Below, one piece after another: positions 1-12,896 of a stretch of 64,000 nt of DNA. Positions within the stretch are counted from its first letter, which is position 1, and each line of letters begins with the position of its first letter. The DNA is from Chiloscyllium plagiosum (Eukaryota). The translations under genes and the position numbers were made by a program. The DNA lies in NCBI RefSeq assembly GCF_004010195.1, contig NC_057751.1:15420241-15484240 (forward strand). The letters run 5' to 3'. The notes beneath the pieces are model-generated. The model was given only the letters and a program-made list of their open reading frames with translations, was not told the DNA's origin and did no database searches.

Positions 1-185
1 TCCCCACCTCCACCCTCCTCTAGCTTATCTCTCCACGCTTCAGGCTCTCTGCCTTTATTCCTGATGAAGGGCTTTTGCCCGAAACGTCGATTTTGCCTGT
101 CCTCGGATGCTGCCTGAATTGCTGTGCTCTTCCAGCACCACTGATCCAGAATCTGATTTCCAGCATCTGCAGTCATTGTTTTTTC
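1..185 (+). mobile_element. Penelope-like element 3' end with hammerhead core
   Basis: Same sequence as the tail of the GIY-YIG-bearing copy at 33.3-33.7 kb; contains CTGATGA-A-GGGC-TTTT-GCCC-GAAA-CGTC. Confidence 0.75.
57..92 (+). ncRNA. Minimal type I hammerhead ribozyme motif (PLE-associated)
   Basis: Core CUGAUGA 61-67, one extra A, stem II GGGC/GCCC with a UUUU loop, GAAA 81-84, GUC cleavage triplet 86-88. Stem III is essentially loopless and stem I is weak. Confidence 0.65.
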
Positions 186-978
186 CTCAGGGCAATACCC
201 TAACCAATCAGAATCAACCTGCCTGGTTTAAACTTAAACAAAGCTTGGCAGTTAGTTATCAGTCATCATCATTTTCTGTATTCTGATTGGTAATCTACCA
301 ATCACAGTCCACTTGATAACCAAACAGCACGGTCTTCAAATTCCCCTTCTTTGTGACATTCTTGTGAATTGTATTGAGGAAAGCAAGACAAAGCCACCTT
401 TGATGAAATGTGTCCTTTTTCCAGTGATACTGAAATGGATTATAATGAACTTTACAGCATTTGAACGGTTATGTAATGTCAGTCAACAAATTTGATGAAT
501 AAGCTTATATTCCTGGTAAAAATAAACTTCATTGCGCACCAATTTAATCTGGTTGGAATATGTTTTGGCATTGTGACTGACCAGAAGTAGTCTTTGTCTG
601 CTGCCCATCAACATCCCCATGGTTTTATATCATACTTGGAAAAGCATCTTTTCTGTCTGCTCCAATTTGTCCCTTTCAGTACCTTACCACAGTACCGTCC
701 AGCTCCAAATACTCTCACGAACCACAGACCAAATTTGAAAGTACCAGAATACAAGAGACTATAGCCACTTCCTTTGCACTCCTCCGAATTTCCAAATTCA
801 GCAGAGTGTGAATTTTTCATTTACTGACATCACATTTTCCCAAAATCCTAATGACTGCATTGCATTTGTTCCATATGTGGAGTGATTCACCGAGCTGTCA
901 TATAAACATTAACCTTTTCTTGTCTATAAATGTTCTTTGATGCAAGCATTAATTTTTTGTTCGGTGAGAATTGTGGTA

Positions 979-1445
979 AAGGTTCATGAGAATGGTTCCA
1001 GGGATGAGGGACTTCAGCTACGAAGATGGACTCGAGTAGTTCAAGCAGGTTTCCTTGGCAAAAAGAAGACTAAGGCAATTTTATGGAGGAATTAAAAATC
1101 CTAAGGAGTCTGGACAGGGGAGAACTGTTTCCATCTGCGTAAAATGATTGAGAACAAGAGGGCACAGATTTAAAGCAATTGGCAAAAGAAACAAAAACAT
1201 GACTTGGAGAGAGACTTGCATGCAGCGAGTGGTTAGGGTCTGGAATGCACTGCCTGAGGGTGTGGTGCAGGCAGGTTTGAACGAGGCATTCACAAAGGAA
1301 TTAGACTGGTACCAGAAAAGGAAGGATTTGCAGTGGTATGGGGAGAGGACAGGAGAATGGCATTACTGAGTTGCTCATTCAGAGAATCAGTGGTGAACTG
1401 ATGGGCCAAGTGGCCTCTTCCTGAGCTGCAACAATTCTGTGGATC
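979..1445 (+). mobile_element. CR1 LINE 3' fragment
   Basis: ORF2 C-terminal motif TRGHRFK...QRVVRVWNALPEGVV and a CR1-type 3' UTR. Confidence 0.85.
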
Positions 1446-2029
1446 TGAAATCCTATGCACTGTTTTCAACATATCATCTAAATGGCTATTCTTTACTGGT
1501 GAGCCAAGACTGTGAGGATATTATCTTCAGCCGACATCACACACTTGAAGTATTTCTGGAGCAGAATCACAGCAAATAGCTACATAATTTATCACTGACT
1601 ACAGTTTTGGCATTGACTGATCCATTCCTTTACTCCTTGCTATCACTTTTGGAATCATATTGTATTCATCAGTTTGCTCAGTGTTGTGTTTTGGCTCCAC
1701 TGGCTGCCACAATCCATCTCCAGCTCCTGACATTTTTTTCCTTAACACAGGCTCCTTAATCATGGGACCTGCTTGGTGAGTGTTTCCCATTTGCTCAGTG
1801 ACTGCCACAAACTATAAATCACAAGTTGCTGGTGCATTTTCTGTCTCTGATCTAGTTTACTGTTGCCAGGCTCCAGAATCGATGCCTGTGTTTTATCTGC
1901 AGCAGTCAATGGCAGGTAGAAGGAACTTGATTTTCAGCTGGCAATAGTAAACCAGGGACTCACACCTAATTGACACTTACACTTAGTCAAAAGTGGAGGA
2001 TTGCACCCATCCCAAGTGATTGGAGACAA

Positions 2030-2285
2030 CGGATTGCAATTCTTTGAAAATTGCTGAAAAGAGGGACATGTTGCTGAGGTTTTTCCATCTTCCACTCATT
2101 AGGACAAATGCAAGAATCCCAAATTTCAAACTCTAGCAACAATTTACTCTACAGGAGGAAAGGGTGCTGATCGGTTGTCAAGTTGGCTCTGATTGGCAGC
2201 ACTTGAAATTTGATTTTCATGCATTTGGCCTGATGAGTGCAGGAATAAGAAGCTTCAGCAATAAATCTCTTCTTTTCACAATATT
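2030..2285. mobile_element. Decayed inverted-repeat element, probably a further Penelope-like family
   Basis: cactcattagg (~2092) is the near reverse complement of cctgatgagtg (~2229). Related sequence at ~190-430 and ~31620-31960. Confidence 0.45.
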
Positions 2286-2559
2286 TCAATTCTCCTTTGC
2301 ACCACCTTAAACTGTCCTCCATGCATTTTCCTCTTTTCATTTCTAACCAGTTGCAAGTGCCATCTCTTCCTTCCCAATCAACTGGGAATTCCCAACATGA
2401 TTAAAATATGCCTTCAGTCATAATCTCATTGCAAGAAAGCACAATATTGTGACTCTATGTGAGAATCCTATCGAAGGAAACAGATTTGGTCATTCAAACA
2501 GGTCTTCTGCCCACTCTGTGTCAAATACGTTCCCTTGAGGAAATGTATTTTAATTTACT

Positions 2560-3830
2560 GCTTCAACTGTAGCTCAATTGTTAGCAGTCTTTCTCTGAGT
2601 CACAGACTTTGGGTTCAAGTCCCACTCTAGGCTTCACCACACAAAACAAAATCAAGCCTGATACTCACAGAGTCATAGAGATGTACAGCACAGAAACAGA
2701 CCCCTCGCTTCAAGTCGTTCATACTGATCAGATATCCTAAATTAATCTAGTTCCATTTGCCTATGTTCCTCTCAACCCTTTCCATTCATACACCTATCCA
2801 GATGCCTTTCAAATGTTATAATTCTATCAGTCTCCACCACTTCCTCTGGCAGCTCATTCCACACACGCACTATCCTCTGCCTGAAAAGGTTGGCCCTCAG
2901 GTCCCTTTTAAATCCTTTCCCTCTCATCTTAAACCTACCCTGGAGAAAAGACCTTCAGTCTATCCATGCCCCTCATAGTCATAGAATCATAGAGCATGGA
3001 AACACTCCCTTTAGTTCAACCAGTCCATGCCAAACATAATCCCAAATTAAACCAGTCCTAACTGCCTGCTCCTGTCCTATATCCCTCCAAACCCTTCCTA
3101 TTCACGCATCCACTCAAATGTCTTTCATTGTAATTGTATCTGCACCCACCACTTCCTCAGGAAGGTCATTCCACACGCGACCAGAGTAAAACGTTTGCCT
3201 CTTCTGTCTTTGTTAAAGCTCTCCCCTCTCACCTTAAAAATGTGCTCCTTAGGCTTGAAATTCCCTCTGTTAGGGAAAAGACAACTACCATCAACTCCAT
3301 CTATACCTCTCATGATTTTATAAAACTCCATAAGGTCATCCCTCAACTTCTGACACTTGAGGGTAAACAGCCCCAGCCTGTTCAGCCTCTCCCTATAGCG
3401 CAAAACATCCAACCCTGGCAACATCCTTATAAATCTTTTCTGAACCCTTTCAAGTTTCACAACATCTTTCCTATAGCACCCTTGTGAAATAACAATGAAG
3501 TGCTGCATTGTCCGAGGCACTGATCATTTGGATGAGAGAGTTTATTCTTTTTTTACTCTCTGTCCCTTCTGTCCTGGATTCAAAGGATTCCATGGACTAT
3601 TTTGGAGAACAGTAGTAGATCTATCCCCAGAGACCTGGCCAGTGGTTATCCTTTAACCAACATCACGAAAAACAGATTATCTGACTATTATCACATTGCT
3701 GTGTGAGGGAACTTGGCATGTGCAAATTAGCTGTTGTGCTTACCAGTTCCTCAGGGACTATATTTCAAAAGTACTTCATGGCTGTGCTGCACTTCGCGAT
3801 GCCTGTGAAAAATGAAATATATGAAACTTT
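2560..3830 (+). mobile_element. tRNA-derived DeuSINE-like (SacSINE1/AmnSINE-type) element split by two CR1 fragments
   Basis: Head tagctcaattg...ggttcaagtccc at 2570-2623. Body resumes at ~3500 with aaaaacagattatctg...atcacattgctgt...ttcaaaagtacttcatggctgt. Confidence 0.65.
2667..3476 (-). mobile_element. Two adjacent CR1 3' fragments (2667-2975 and 2976-3476)
   Basis: Minus ORF YRKDVVKLERVQKRFIRMLPGL...LRDDLMEFYKIMRG; each copy begins with an agtcatag tail on the + strand. Confidence 0.88.
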
Positions 3831-4539
3831 ACTTTTGATGTCTAACTATCACAGCTGGAGACAATGCAATCCCATGAGTTTAACATGCCACTACACTTCT
3901 GTCATGCAACAGTAGGCTGTGCTCTTTTCCAACAACTTCCAATGGTGTGCTTGCAAAACAGCTCCTGTCTTTAAACAGTCAACTTCCCTTTACATTCTGG
4001 GCTTTGGTGGTGCTTTCAATCATGTCACTTTTTCACGTGACATGTATGCTAAATGACTCATAATTTGCGACTAATAGAGGAAAAAGGAGAATTACAAATT
4101 AAGAGAGAATGCCATCTGTTTCAAAGAGAGATCCATGCTCAGAATGTGAGCTGTGCAGCACAGGCAGAATGCTAAAATTAGAAGAGGCAAAGTGGAAACT
4201 AAAATAATAATGCTGCACAATATATTTGAAATCAGGAGAGGTGGAGATGCTTACATGAGCAACCTGGAGTAATTACAGGGCTGGAATGGTTAACCAGAAA
4301 CCACCGGCTGTAATCCAGGCATGTGCTCAATGAAGATTGGCATTGTCAGCTCTTTTGGCATTGCAACAGCTTGCAATCATCTCTCCTTACCACGGTGATC
4401 AAGCTGTTCCTCACTGCACTGTCCTGTGTCTCACTGAGCGGTCCCAAGTTCCAATCCTGTGTTGAGCTCGGGGAGGAATATCAGAACAAGAGGCCATTCA
4501 GTCCCTCAAACCTGTTATCCACTAAATATGATTGTCCAC

Positions 4540-4752
4540 ATTGACCCTCCGAAGAGCACCCCACCCAGCAACCCCCCCCCCCCCAATCCCTGCATTTCCC
4601 ATGGCTAATCCACCAGGTCTGCACATCTCTGGACACTGTGGGGTAATTTAGTATGGCCAATCCACTTAACCTGCACATCTTTGGACTATTGGAGGAAATC
4701 GGACCACCCAGAGGAAACCCACACAGACACGGGGAAAATGTGCAAACTTCAC
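4540..4752 (-). mobile_element. Partial HE1-type V-SINE
   Basis: Contains ggaaacccacacagacacggggaaaatgtgcaaact, shared with the full copies at 13.4 and 14.3 kb. Confidence 0.75.
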
Positions 4753-5499
4753 ATTATTTTATTATTAATTTAGCTTGCATCTCCTTTTTTTGTTAGAGTT
4801 TCAAAATCCTGCAACATTTTGTGTCAATACATGTTTTGTAACTCTACTCTTGAATGGGGACAGGATTCTGCTTTTAAGCCTTTTCTGTCCCGACACTTCC
4901 CTACCAGTAGTTCAATCTTGCACTACTCACACTGTCAATTCCTGTCAAGAACCTAAAAACCTCACCTAAATCAGCTCAACATATTGGAAATCCAATTCTA
5001 TTTATGTGATCTCTCCTTTTAATGTAACCATTCCAGCTCTGGTGAAATTTGGTAAGTTTGTGCTGCAGCCCTTCTTCCTCAGGGAGAAGTGTCAGCACTG
5101 CACACTGTATCCAGATGTGCTCTCACCTGAACTTTGTATATGTGTGGTAAATCAGATTTTAAGGAAGGATGTTCTTCCACAGTTGTGAATATCAATGCCA
5201 AGGTCAAGATATGTTATACATCCTGAATTGCCCTTGAACTTTGAGGCTTGCTCAGCCATTTCAGCAGGCATACAGGACATTAACCACATTGCTGTGGGTC
5301 TGGAGTCAAATGGAGACCAGACCAGGTAAGGATGGCAAAGTTCCTTCCCTGAAGGACATTAGTAAACTAGATGGGTTTTTACAACAATTGATGATCGTTG
5401 TCACGGCCACCATCACTGGAATCTGCTGTCAATTCCAGATTTTATGAATTGAATTAAATACCACCAGCTGTCATTGTGTGATTTGAACCCATTTCTTTG

Positions 5500-6530
5500 G
5501 GTGCACTTGCGCATAGATCATTAAGGATGACAGGACACGTGGAGAGCAGTAAGTGAAGCATATGGTACCCTTGACTTATCCTTCTTATTTATAGGACCAC
5601 AGAACATAAGGACAAGGTGGTGACGGATGTCCGTTTGCTTGCTGAGCTGGAAGATTCATTTTCAGACGTTTCATCGCCATACTCGGGAACATCTTCAATG
5701 AGTCTCTGGATGAAGCACTGCTGGTGATTCCTGCTTTCCATTTATATGTTTGGGTTTCTTTGGGTTGGTGATGTCATTTCCTGTGGTGATGGAAATGACA
5801 TCACCAACCCAAAGAAACCCAAACATATAAATAGAAAGCAGGAATCATCAGCAGTGCTTCGTCCGGAGGCTCAATGAAGATGTTACCGAGGATGGTGACG
5901 AAACGTCTGAAAATGAATCTTCCAGCTCAGCAAGCAAACCTACATCCAGAACCTCAACCTGAGCTACAAATATTCTCAAAACTCGTTAACAAGGAGGTGA
6001 TGCTGAACTTGTACAAGACACTTTTTTAGACCTCAGTTGGAGTACTGTGTACTGCTCTGGGCACCACATTACAGGAAGGATATAAACACATTGGAGAGGG
6101 TACAGATCTATTTACAAGAATAGTTCCAGAGATAAGAAACTTTAGTTCGAAGGATAAATTGAAGAAGTTCGGACTGTCCTCCTTGGAAAGAAGAAAGCTG
6201 GGAGGAGATTTGGTAGAGGTTTGTCATGAGCAGGCTAGATACAGTAGACGGGAAGAAATTGTTCCTATTTGTAAAAGGAGCAAGATGGCATAGGAGGTTA
6301 CAGATTTTTTTTGCAAAGGAAACAAGGGTATTATGGAAAAAAAATTCACTCAGTGAGTAGTTAGGGTATGGAATGCACCGTCTGGAAGTGCAGTGGAGGC
6401 AGGTTCAATTGAGTCCTTGGTCTGTGGGAGTAGAGGAAGATTAGCATTGGGTAATAATACATATCTGAAGAGTTGGTGCTGGCATGATGGGTTCTGAATG
6501 ACCTCCTCTGTGCTGTAAGACCTTTGTGAT
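5500..6530 (+). mobile_element. CR1 3' fragment interrupted by a palindromic Penelope-like insert
   Basis: Decayed LYKT..RPQLEYCV..WAPHYRKD and WNA motifs; insert at 5625-5986. Confidence 0.8.
5625..5986. mobile_element. Penelope-like palindromic insertion (family 2)
   Basis: ~155-bp inverted arms around a 9-bp spacer (tgtggtgat). Each arm has a decayed hammerhead core (nTGAAGA-T-GTTACC..GGTGAC-GAAA-CGTC). Host acaaggNggtgaYg is repeated on both sides. Confidence 0.7.
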
Positions 6531-7099
6531 TCTGAGGAAGATTAACCTGTGCCTATAGATTACTGATTCATAGATGTTACCACGATACTGCCCACAACCC
6601 GAATCTTTGATTCTCGTTTTCGAATTATAAGGATTATGTTCCAATGACCTTGTTGATTTGTGTTTTTTATTTGGTTCATGATGGATACTATGTGGTCTTG
6701 TTCAATAACTCAGAAGAAAATAGGTCTGGAAAAGCCAAATAAAGGACACGCCAGTGTCAACAACAATGCTGTAATATGACCTGGTCAAACTCGAAGATCG
6801 ATTAACAAAGGGGACTTCTCTTTTCAGTGGGACATGCACCTCCTCCTACTCTAAGCAACATATTTCCAACTTAATGCACATCCCAAGGCTACATTCTCCA
6901 TGACGCACATATCATGCCCACTTCTCTCATGTTTCACTGTTGTCTGCTGCTTGAGACAGCATGTTCCACATTTTCAACTCAACCTAAATTCTTCATTTAA
7001 TCTGCTGGCTTTAGTTTGCATTCAGGGGATCACCTTTTCTGGATGTACCCTCAAGTGAAGAGAATTTCTCCTCAGTCATTCAATGAAAGTGCCTCCTAA

Positions 7100-7650
7100 A
7101 CTGTCAAGGTATCAGGGCAGATTAAGAAATGGTTAATAAGGGTTTACACAGTCTCGGGCTTTGTAAGGAGCAGCAGAGAGTACAAAAGCTGAGGTGAACC
7201 TTTATAAAAAAACACTGGTTGGATGTCCCCTGGCATAATGTGTCCAATTCTGCATGCTTGTACTTTAGGAAGGATTTGGAGGCACTTTATAAGATGCATG
7301 AGAATGGTTCCAGGTTTTACCTGGATTTACTGGGAGAAACTTGAGAAGAGGAGATTTGATCAAGGTGTTCAAAACCATAAGGACAATCTGGGCAGAGTAC
7401 ACAGGGAGAAACTGTTCCCATTGGTGGAAGAATCCATGACCGAAGACACAAATTTGAAGTGATTGACGGAACAGCCTCATGAGGAAAGATGTCTTTTAGA
7501 CAGCGAGCGGTTCAGATCTGAAATGATCTGAATTGCCTTTCAATTTTCTGGAGTTATGAGGTTGGCAGGACTACAGGAGATGAAGGGGGAGAAGGGAAGT
7601 GGGCCTAGAGACCTAGTACGGGCTTGATGGGCCGAACGGTCCGATTGTGT
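7100..7650 (+). mobile_element. Old CR1 3' fragment
   Basis: Decayed CR1 ORF2 end (REKLFPLVEES.T) and 3' UTR ttgatgggccgaacgg. Confidence 0.7.
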
Positions 7651-7689
7651 AATCAGGTGAGCTGCTAACCCTCGCGATCTCCCCCAACC

Positions 7690-8620
7690 CCACACCCCTC
7701 TCAGCCTGCGCGCACCGAGCTGCAGGCGCTGGAGGGGAGTGTCCCCTTTAAAAAGAGGGGTGTGTTTCTGGAGGGTTCAACACTCTCTGGAGACTGCACG
7801 AATGTGGGGATTATGCAGCGATTTGACGTAAGATCAGCTGTTGCTGGGAGGCAGCTCCACCGAGAACAGAGCAGCGTCTGAGGCGAAGGCAGAAGAAGGG
7901 GAAGAATTTGTCTAAACAAAAAAAAAATGCAGCTGGAATAAACTCAGCCACTGCAAGCTAGCTCCCTCCCTCTCCCCCCATCCCACCCCCCTTCAAAGAA
8001 AACCTCCCTCCCTCCTCACTACAAACCGCAGGCTTGCAACTTGACGTTAAGCGACATTGAAGAACGGAAAAGCCGCAGTTTCAGGTGGGTGCACAGCCGA
8101 ATCTCCGTTCACAAGCGGTTGAATAGACGTTTTCATTTCCAGGGAACGAAGGCGAGGACTGTTTATGCAACTGAAGGCGCTCAGCGCCAGCTCAGACACA
8201 CGGGAGAATATCTCCATCCGTGTTGTGCTGGGGGAACTGGAGCTAGCGTGTCTGAATGGAGGGAAAATCCTCAATCCCTACACTCCTGTCAATGCAGTGA
8301 GACAGCGAGATAAACACATGTAGCACTGGAGAGGGCAGACAGCTGCTGCGTCCCCGCGGGAAGATGTCCGGCTCCCTGGTACTGACTTAACCAGTTCAGT
8401 ACCATGGACAGCGCAGCAGCGCCGGAGAGCTGGGGGTCGGCTGGCCGGTTTTGGGGTGGGAGGCCCGGGGAGGGGGGGTGGAAATCATGCCAGATCCCCA
8501 AGCTTCAAAACGTTCTGGGCGCACACCCACTCCGGGAATGGTTCGACTTCCAACGGGATCTGAGATGGAGTAAAAATATCCCCACGGGACGTGAGAGGAA
8601 CAGCGGCTTCTTCTCCCACT
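7690..8620 (+). promoter_or_regulatory. Candidate PHYHIP promoter and first exon (GC/CpG-richer island)
   Basis: Repeat-free and richer in CpG than its surroundings. TTTAAAAA at ~7747, CRE-like TGACGTAA at 7824-7831, donor CAG|gtgggt at 8084/8085, RE1 at 8395. The link to PHYHIP is inferred. Confidence 0.55.
8395..8415 (+). promoter_or_regulatory. RE1/NRSE (REST-binding element)
   Basis: TTCAGTACCATGGACAGCGCA versus consensus TTCAGCACCATGGACAGCGCC: 19/21 identical with canonical half-site spacing. Confidence 0.85.
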
Positions 8621-9743
8621 TGGGAAATTGGAAGAGTCCTTATCATCTTCTGTTGATTGAGAGTATCATTATGTTTTGTGAGTGATCCATTAGTTTCTGT
8701 ATTTATGTGTGTTTGTACGTGCGTGAGAGAAAGAGAGCAAGGAGGGGAGTATCACATATTGAAACCCAAGGACGGTGTCCTCTTCTGCACCAGAGTGCCC
8801 AATTTATCATCCATTTGGCTAGCCTGGCAGTGCCAATCACTCACCGATCAGGCTGAGAAATTTAAGCCATCCCATGGGGTAAGGAATCTCACCCATCGTC
8901 ACTGCCTTGAAGGTCCCTATTAAGTTACTTCACTTTTTAACCATCTGAAGGCTCTGTGCCATTCATTTTCCAGTATACAGGCATGCACTGTGAACCACTA
9001 ACATGGCATCAATGGTTCCCCTACTCGTGTCTCAGAGTTCAACTGAATGCCGCTTGGCTAGAAGCCTCGGAACCACCGTTAGCTTTGTAACCTGACCGTT
9101 GGGAGTGAGGAGGTCTGAGTCAGCCACACCTGACAATCTCGCCTCACTGCAAAGCAGACATATCATGGACCCTCGGTGATGTTGCTCAAGGTGGAACAAT
9201 CACCCATGGGCTGACTGGCTGAAAATTCACAGGAAGACTGTGACAGAAACAAGCTATCACTCTGATGGCTATGCATTCACACACACACACACTGACACAC
9301 CCTCTTTCAACATACAAAGTGTACTGTGGTACATATATACACTAAGCTTCAAACACAAACACCACCAGTTGAACGGTTTAACAAACAGATTTGGGTGAAG
9401 TTTTCGTCTTCTTTTCCTTCACGAGGCACACACTAGTGGCACCAGCATTGTGTGATGCGACACATCTCAGACGAACAGAGCTTAGGTTTATCCACAATCA
9501 GATAAAGCCAGATCTGTGTTCATGAGAATAAAATGGCTGAATGAAGCATTGTACGGGGAATTCACCTCACTGGGCCACTCTCTGGCCCTGTTGAATCAGA
9601 CAGTTGTCAGTCGAAATGGAGATTTGTGTCCATCTCTCCTCTTTCACGAACCACTGCCTTTCCTCATACTAGCCACGTTCTATTCTCATGGCAAATATTA
9701 TCGGAATTGGCCAGAATACTTTTCTGGCTGTCACGGTTTCTCT

Positions 9744-9757
9744 GTTGCCATGGGAAC
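9744..9757. promoter_or_regulatory. RFX X-box motif
   Basis: GTTGCCATGGGAAC, an X-box consensus match ~1.3 kb downstream of the RE1. Confidence 0.45.
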
Positions 9758-11214
9758 ATCAGCGTGGGATGTGGAAGTCACTACCAGCATTCATCCTGAA
9801 AAGAATACAGTAAACGTTTTTTTTCTCTGGATTGCTTTCTAGCTGGGCATGGGAGAACTGGTCTGAAGACAGAACAACAACAAATTCCATTATATGCTGC
9901 TATTAACATAGATAATATCCCAAGGTTTATCCTGAGGTAGGGTAGTGTCTAACAACCTGGTCAAAAAGGTCACATTTTTGTACACAGGATTTTAAAGGGA
10001 GAGAGAGTGTCAAAGAGGCAGAGATGACAGACTAAAAGGAGGACATACTGCAGGAGACAATTGGTTACTGATGATAAGGTGCATGTAAGGATGGAGTGGA
10101 GATTGTCTGGAGTGAGGCCATTGTAGGTGAAGGTGAGTATTTTTACCTCAATGCTTTGCGACACTGGAAGACATAAACATTCATAGTCCATCTCTATTTG
10201 CATTTCAGAAGTGTCCATGTTCAGAAGGCAGAATTTAGTGCTGTTGGGGAGAGAGTTGCAGGATTTTGACCCAGTGACACTGAAGGAACTGTGATATATT
10301 TCCAAGTCAGGACAGTGAGTGGCTCAGAGGGGAACTTGCAGATGGTGGTGCTCTCAGAACCTGGCCCTTGCCCTTCTTGATGGGAGTGGATGTGGGTTTG
10401 GAAGGTGCTGAGGAGAATTAATTAGTTTGTTAGTGATGATGTAGCTGCTGTTGTCCATTAATGAAAACCCATCTGATTCACTGATGCCCTTTCAGGGAAG
10501 GAAATCTCTCCTTACCTGGTCTGGGGGTACGTGACTCTGAACTCACAGAAACATGCTCGACTTTTAACTGCCCCATGAAGTGGCCAAGGAGGACGTCCAG
10601 TTCAAGGACAATTGGAGATGGGCAATAAATACTGCTCAGCCAGCGATACTCACACCCTCAGAATGAATTAGAAAAAAAGGTCGCTGGCATAAACTGTGAA
10701 ATGTAGTGAAGCCATAACAGCATCAAAAATGCTTGCACTTACAGTCTCTATAGCCTCAGAACATTAAACGCACACGACAATTACCATGGAATATGTTCTC
10801 ATGTTGTGCCCAATATAAATTTTCAGTCAGTGCATAATGCTGAAAGAACATTCCAAAAGCCACTGCAGATATTTCACCATTACTTACATAACACCAATCA
10901 CATCCTCAGGCTGACCCAAAGGCAATGAAGTACTTTGGAGGTGGAGTCAATAATGTAATATAGCAATTACTTAGGGCACAGCAGGGTCCCATTAACTGCA
11001 GTGGCCAGATAATCTTTCGGGCGCTGGTCAAAGAATAAGTATTGTCCAAGAGAACAGGAATAACTCCTCTAATATTGCTGTGGGATCCGAGGGCTGACCG
11101 CATCTGAAATTTAACACTATACCTGAAAGGCAGAATCTCTGACAGTGCACAGCTCCCTCGCTACTACACTGGGGCGGCAGCCTAGATTCAGTGCGAAAAT
11201 AAGTTTTTTTTATT

Positions 11215-11690
11215 AATGGGAGATAGGGTCACTGGCATGCCAATGTTTAATGCCCATCTCTAATTGCCCAGCGGTGAACTTAACCACAGCAGTCTGTGTG
11301 GTGTAGGGACACACAAAGTGCTTTTAATGGGAGGTGTTCCAGGATTTTGACTCAGCGACACTGTAGAAACAGTGATACATTTCCAAGTCAGGATGGTGTG
11401 TGGTTTGGAAGGGAACTTGCTGGTGCTGGTGTTCCCATGTTTCTGCTATTCTTGAATAGCTAAATGTTATGCATTCAGAAAGTACTGTTGAAGGGAACCG
11501 TTGCAAGTTCCTGAGGTGCTTCTTGGAGGTGGTACACACTACTGCCATTGTGCATCTCTAGTGGAATCTTTAAGTGGATGGGGATATCAATCAATGGGAT
11601 AGATGATGTCAAGCTCCCTCAGTGTTGTTGAAGCTGCATTCATCCAGATACTCCTGACTTTTGCCTTGGAGATGGTGGAAGATATTGGTG
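11215..11690 (-). mobile_element. CR1/L2-group LINE 3' fragment (second family); related copies at ~10240-10410(-), 18180-18370(+), 24290-24690(+), 35560-35870(-)
   Basis: Recurrent C-terminal motif SF(S/T)V(A/T)GSKSWNSLP across several copies. Confidence 0.6.
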
Positions 11691-12030
11691 TAGTCATAAT
11701 GTCACTGCATTAATAATCCAGGTGTCCTCTCTAATGCTTTGGAGTCACAGGTGTGAATCCCACCAGGGCAGATCGTGGAATTTAAACTCAGTTTGCACCC
11801 AGAATTGAAGGTTAGTCTTAATAATATCGACCAAAATAACTACCAATGATTGTTGTAAAATCCCATCTGGGTTCACTTGTGCCATTCAGGGAAGCAAATT
11901 CACTCTTGCCTAACTGTGATTCCAGACCCACAGCAACGGGCAGGAGTCTGAATTGCCACTCAGTTCAGGGGCACCAAATGCTGGCCTTGACAGAAAGGCC
12001 CACATCCTATGAAAGTATGAAAAAAACGCA
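11685..12030 (+). mobile_element. tRNA-derived SINE sharing its 3' tail with the above LINE; other copies at ~5180-5500(-), 10450-10680(+), 29150-29465(-), 32200-32520(-), 50890-51090(-)
   Basis: Head tggtgtagt...ggtgtgaatccc, core ccatctgggttcact...ttcagggaag, tail aaatgctggcc...cccacatcc + A-rich end. Confidence 0.65.
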
Positions 12031-12896
12031 TCACTCATCAAAGTGAGACATGAGCTTGAGCTCAGAGGCAAGACTGCTGACCATTGTACCACAACTAACA
12101 CCGTGGAACAATGTTTGAGACATTTACACCCTTTTAAAGAGCTCAATCTAAGCACTGCAGAGCAGAGACCTGCGCAAGTGATGTTTGAGTTTAAACAAAA
12201 AGGAAAAGCCTCTAATTTTCTCTCTGCAGCTGCAATGGAACAGCTGACATCTTTCTGGTGATCACTTTCACTGGTGAGGCACGAGGCACCATTTATTGCT
12301 GTAAAGATGTTTCCACTGACAGAGCAAAAGGAATTGCTTCTTAGTCAATCTGATTTGCGTTTCAAGAGTCACAAATTCAAAATGAAACCGTACGGCAGAT
12401 GTTGCCGTGGAAATCAACCTCTGAAGCCTTGAAAAATCCTTCCACGAACTGGCTTACAGTCTGCAAGTGATCTGTCAGTCTGGATGGTTACGAACTTGTC
12501 ATTTGCCATGTGGGGTCTGCTCTGTGTGGATGAGTCCGAAACACTGGTGCATCTTTGCAACACAGTCCCTATCACTTGCTTGATTTCCATGCACCCAGTT
12601 AGAGGGCAACTAAAACACACATTTGTGAGGTGAAAAATTAAGGCTGACTATAAATACACTGCACTGATAAAGAGGCTCTGAGTTTGATCCAACATTCACA
12701 GCTCAGGTACTGACACTGCCCATTTCTGACAGGCTATGGGAGAGTTGGGATGAGCACAGAGTGACTCAACAATTATAAGTGGGCTGCCGCTATACCAGGG
12801 AGCATTGTGCCACTTATCGGAGGCAAGAATCTCAGACTGCTGTGAGGGACATAAATGAGGACCTTGATGTGGCAGCATCCAAGAAAATATTAAATA

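Noticed and set aside
130-150. tccagcaccactgatccag as a second RE1
   Set aside because: Only the left half-site matches, the GGACAG half is missing, and it lies within a Penelope terminus.
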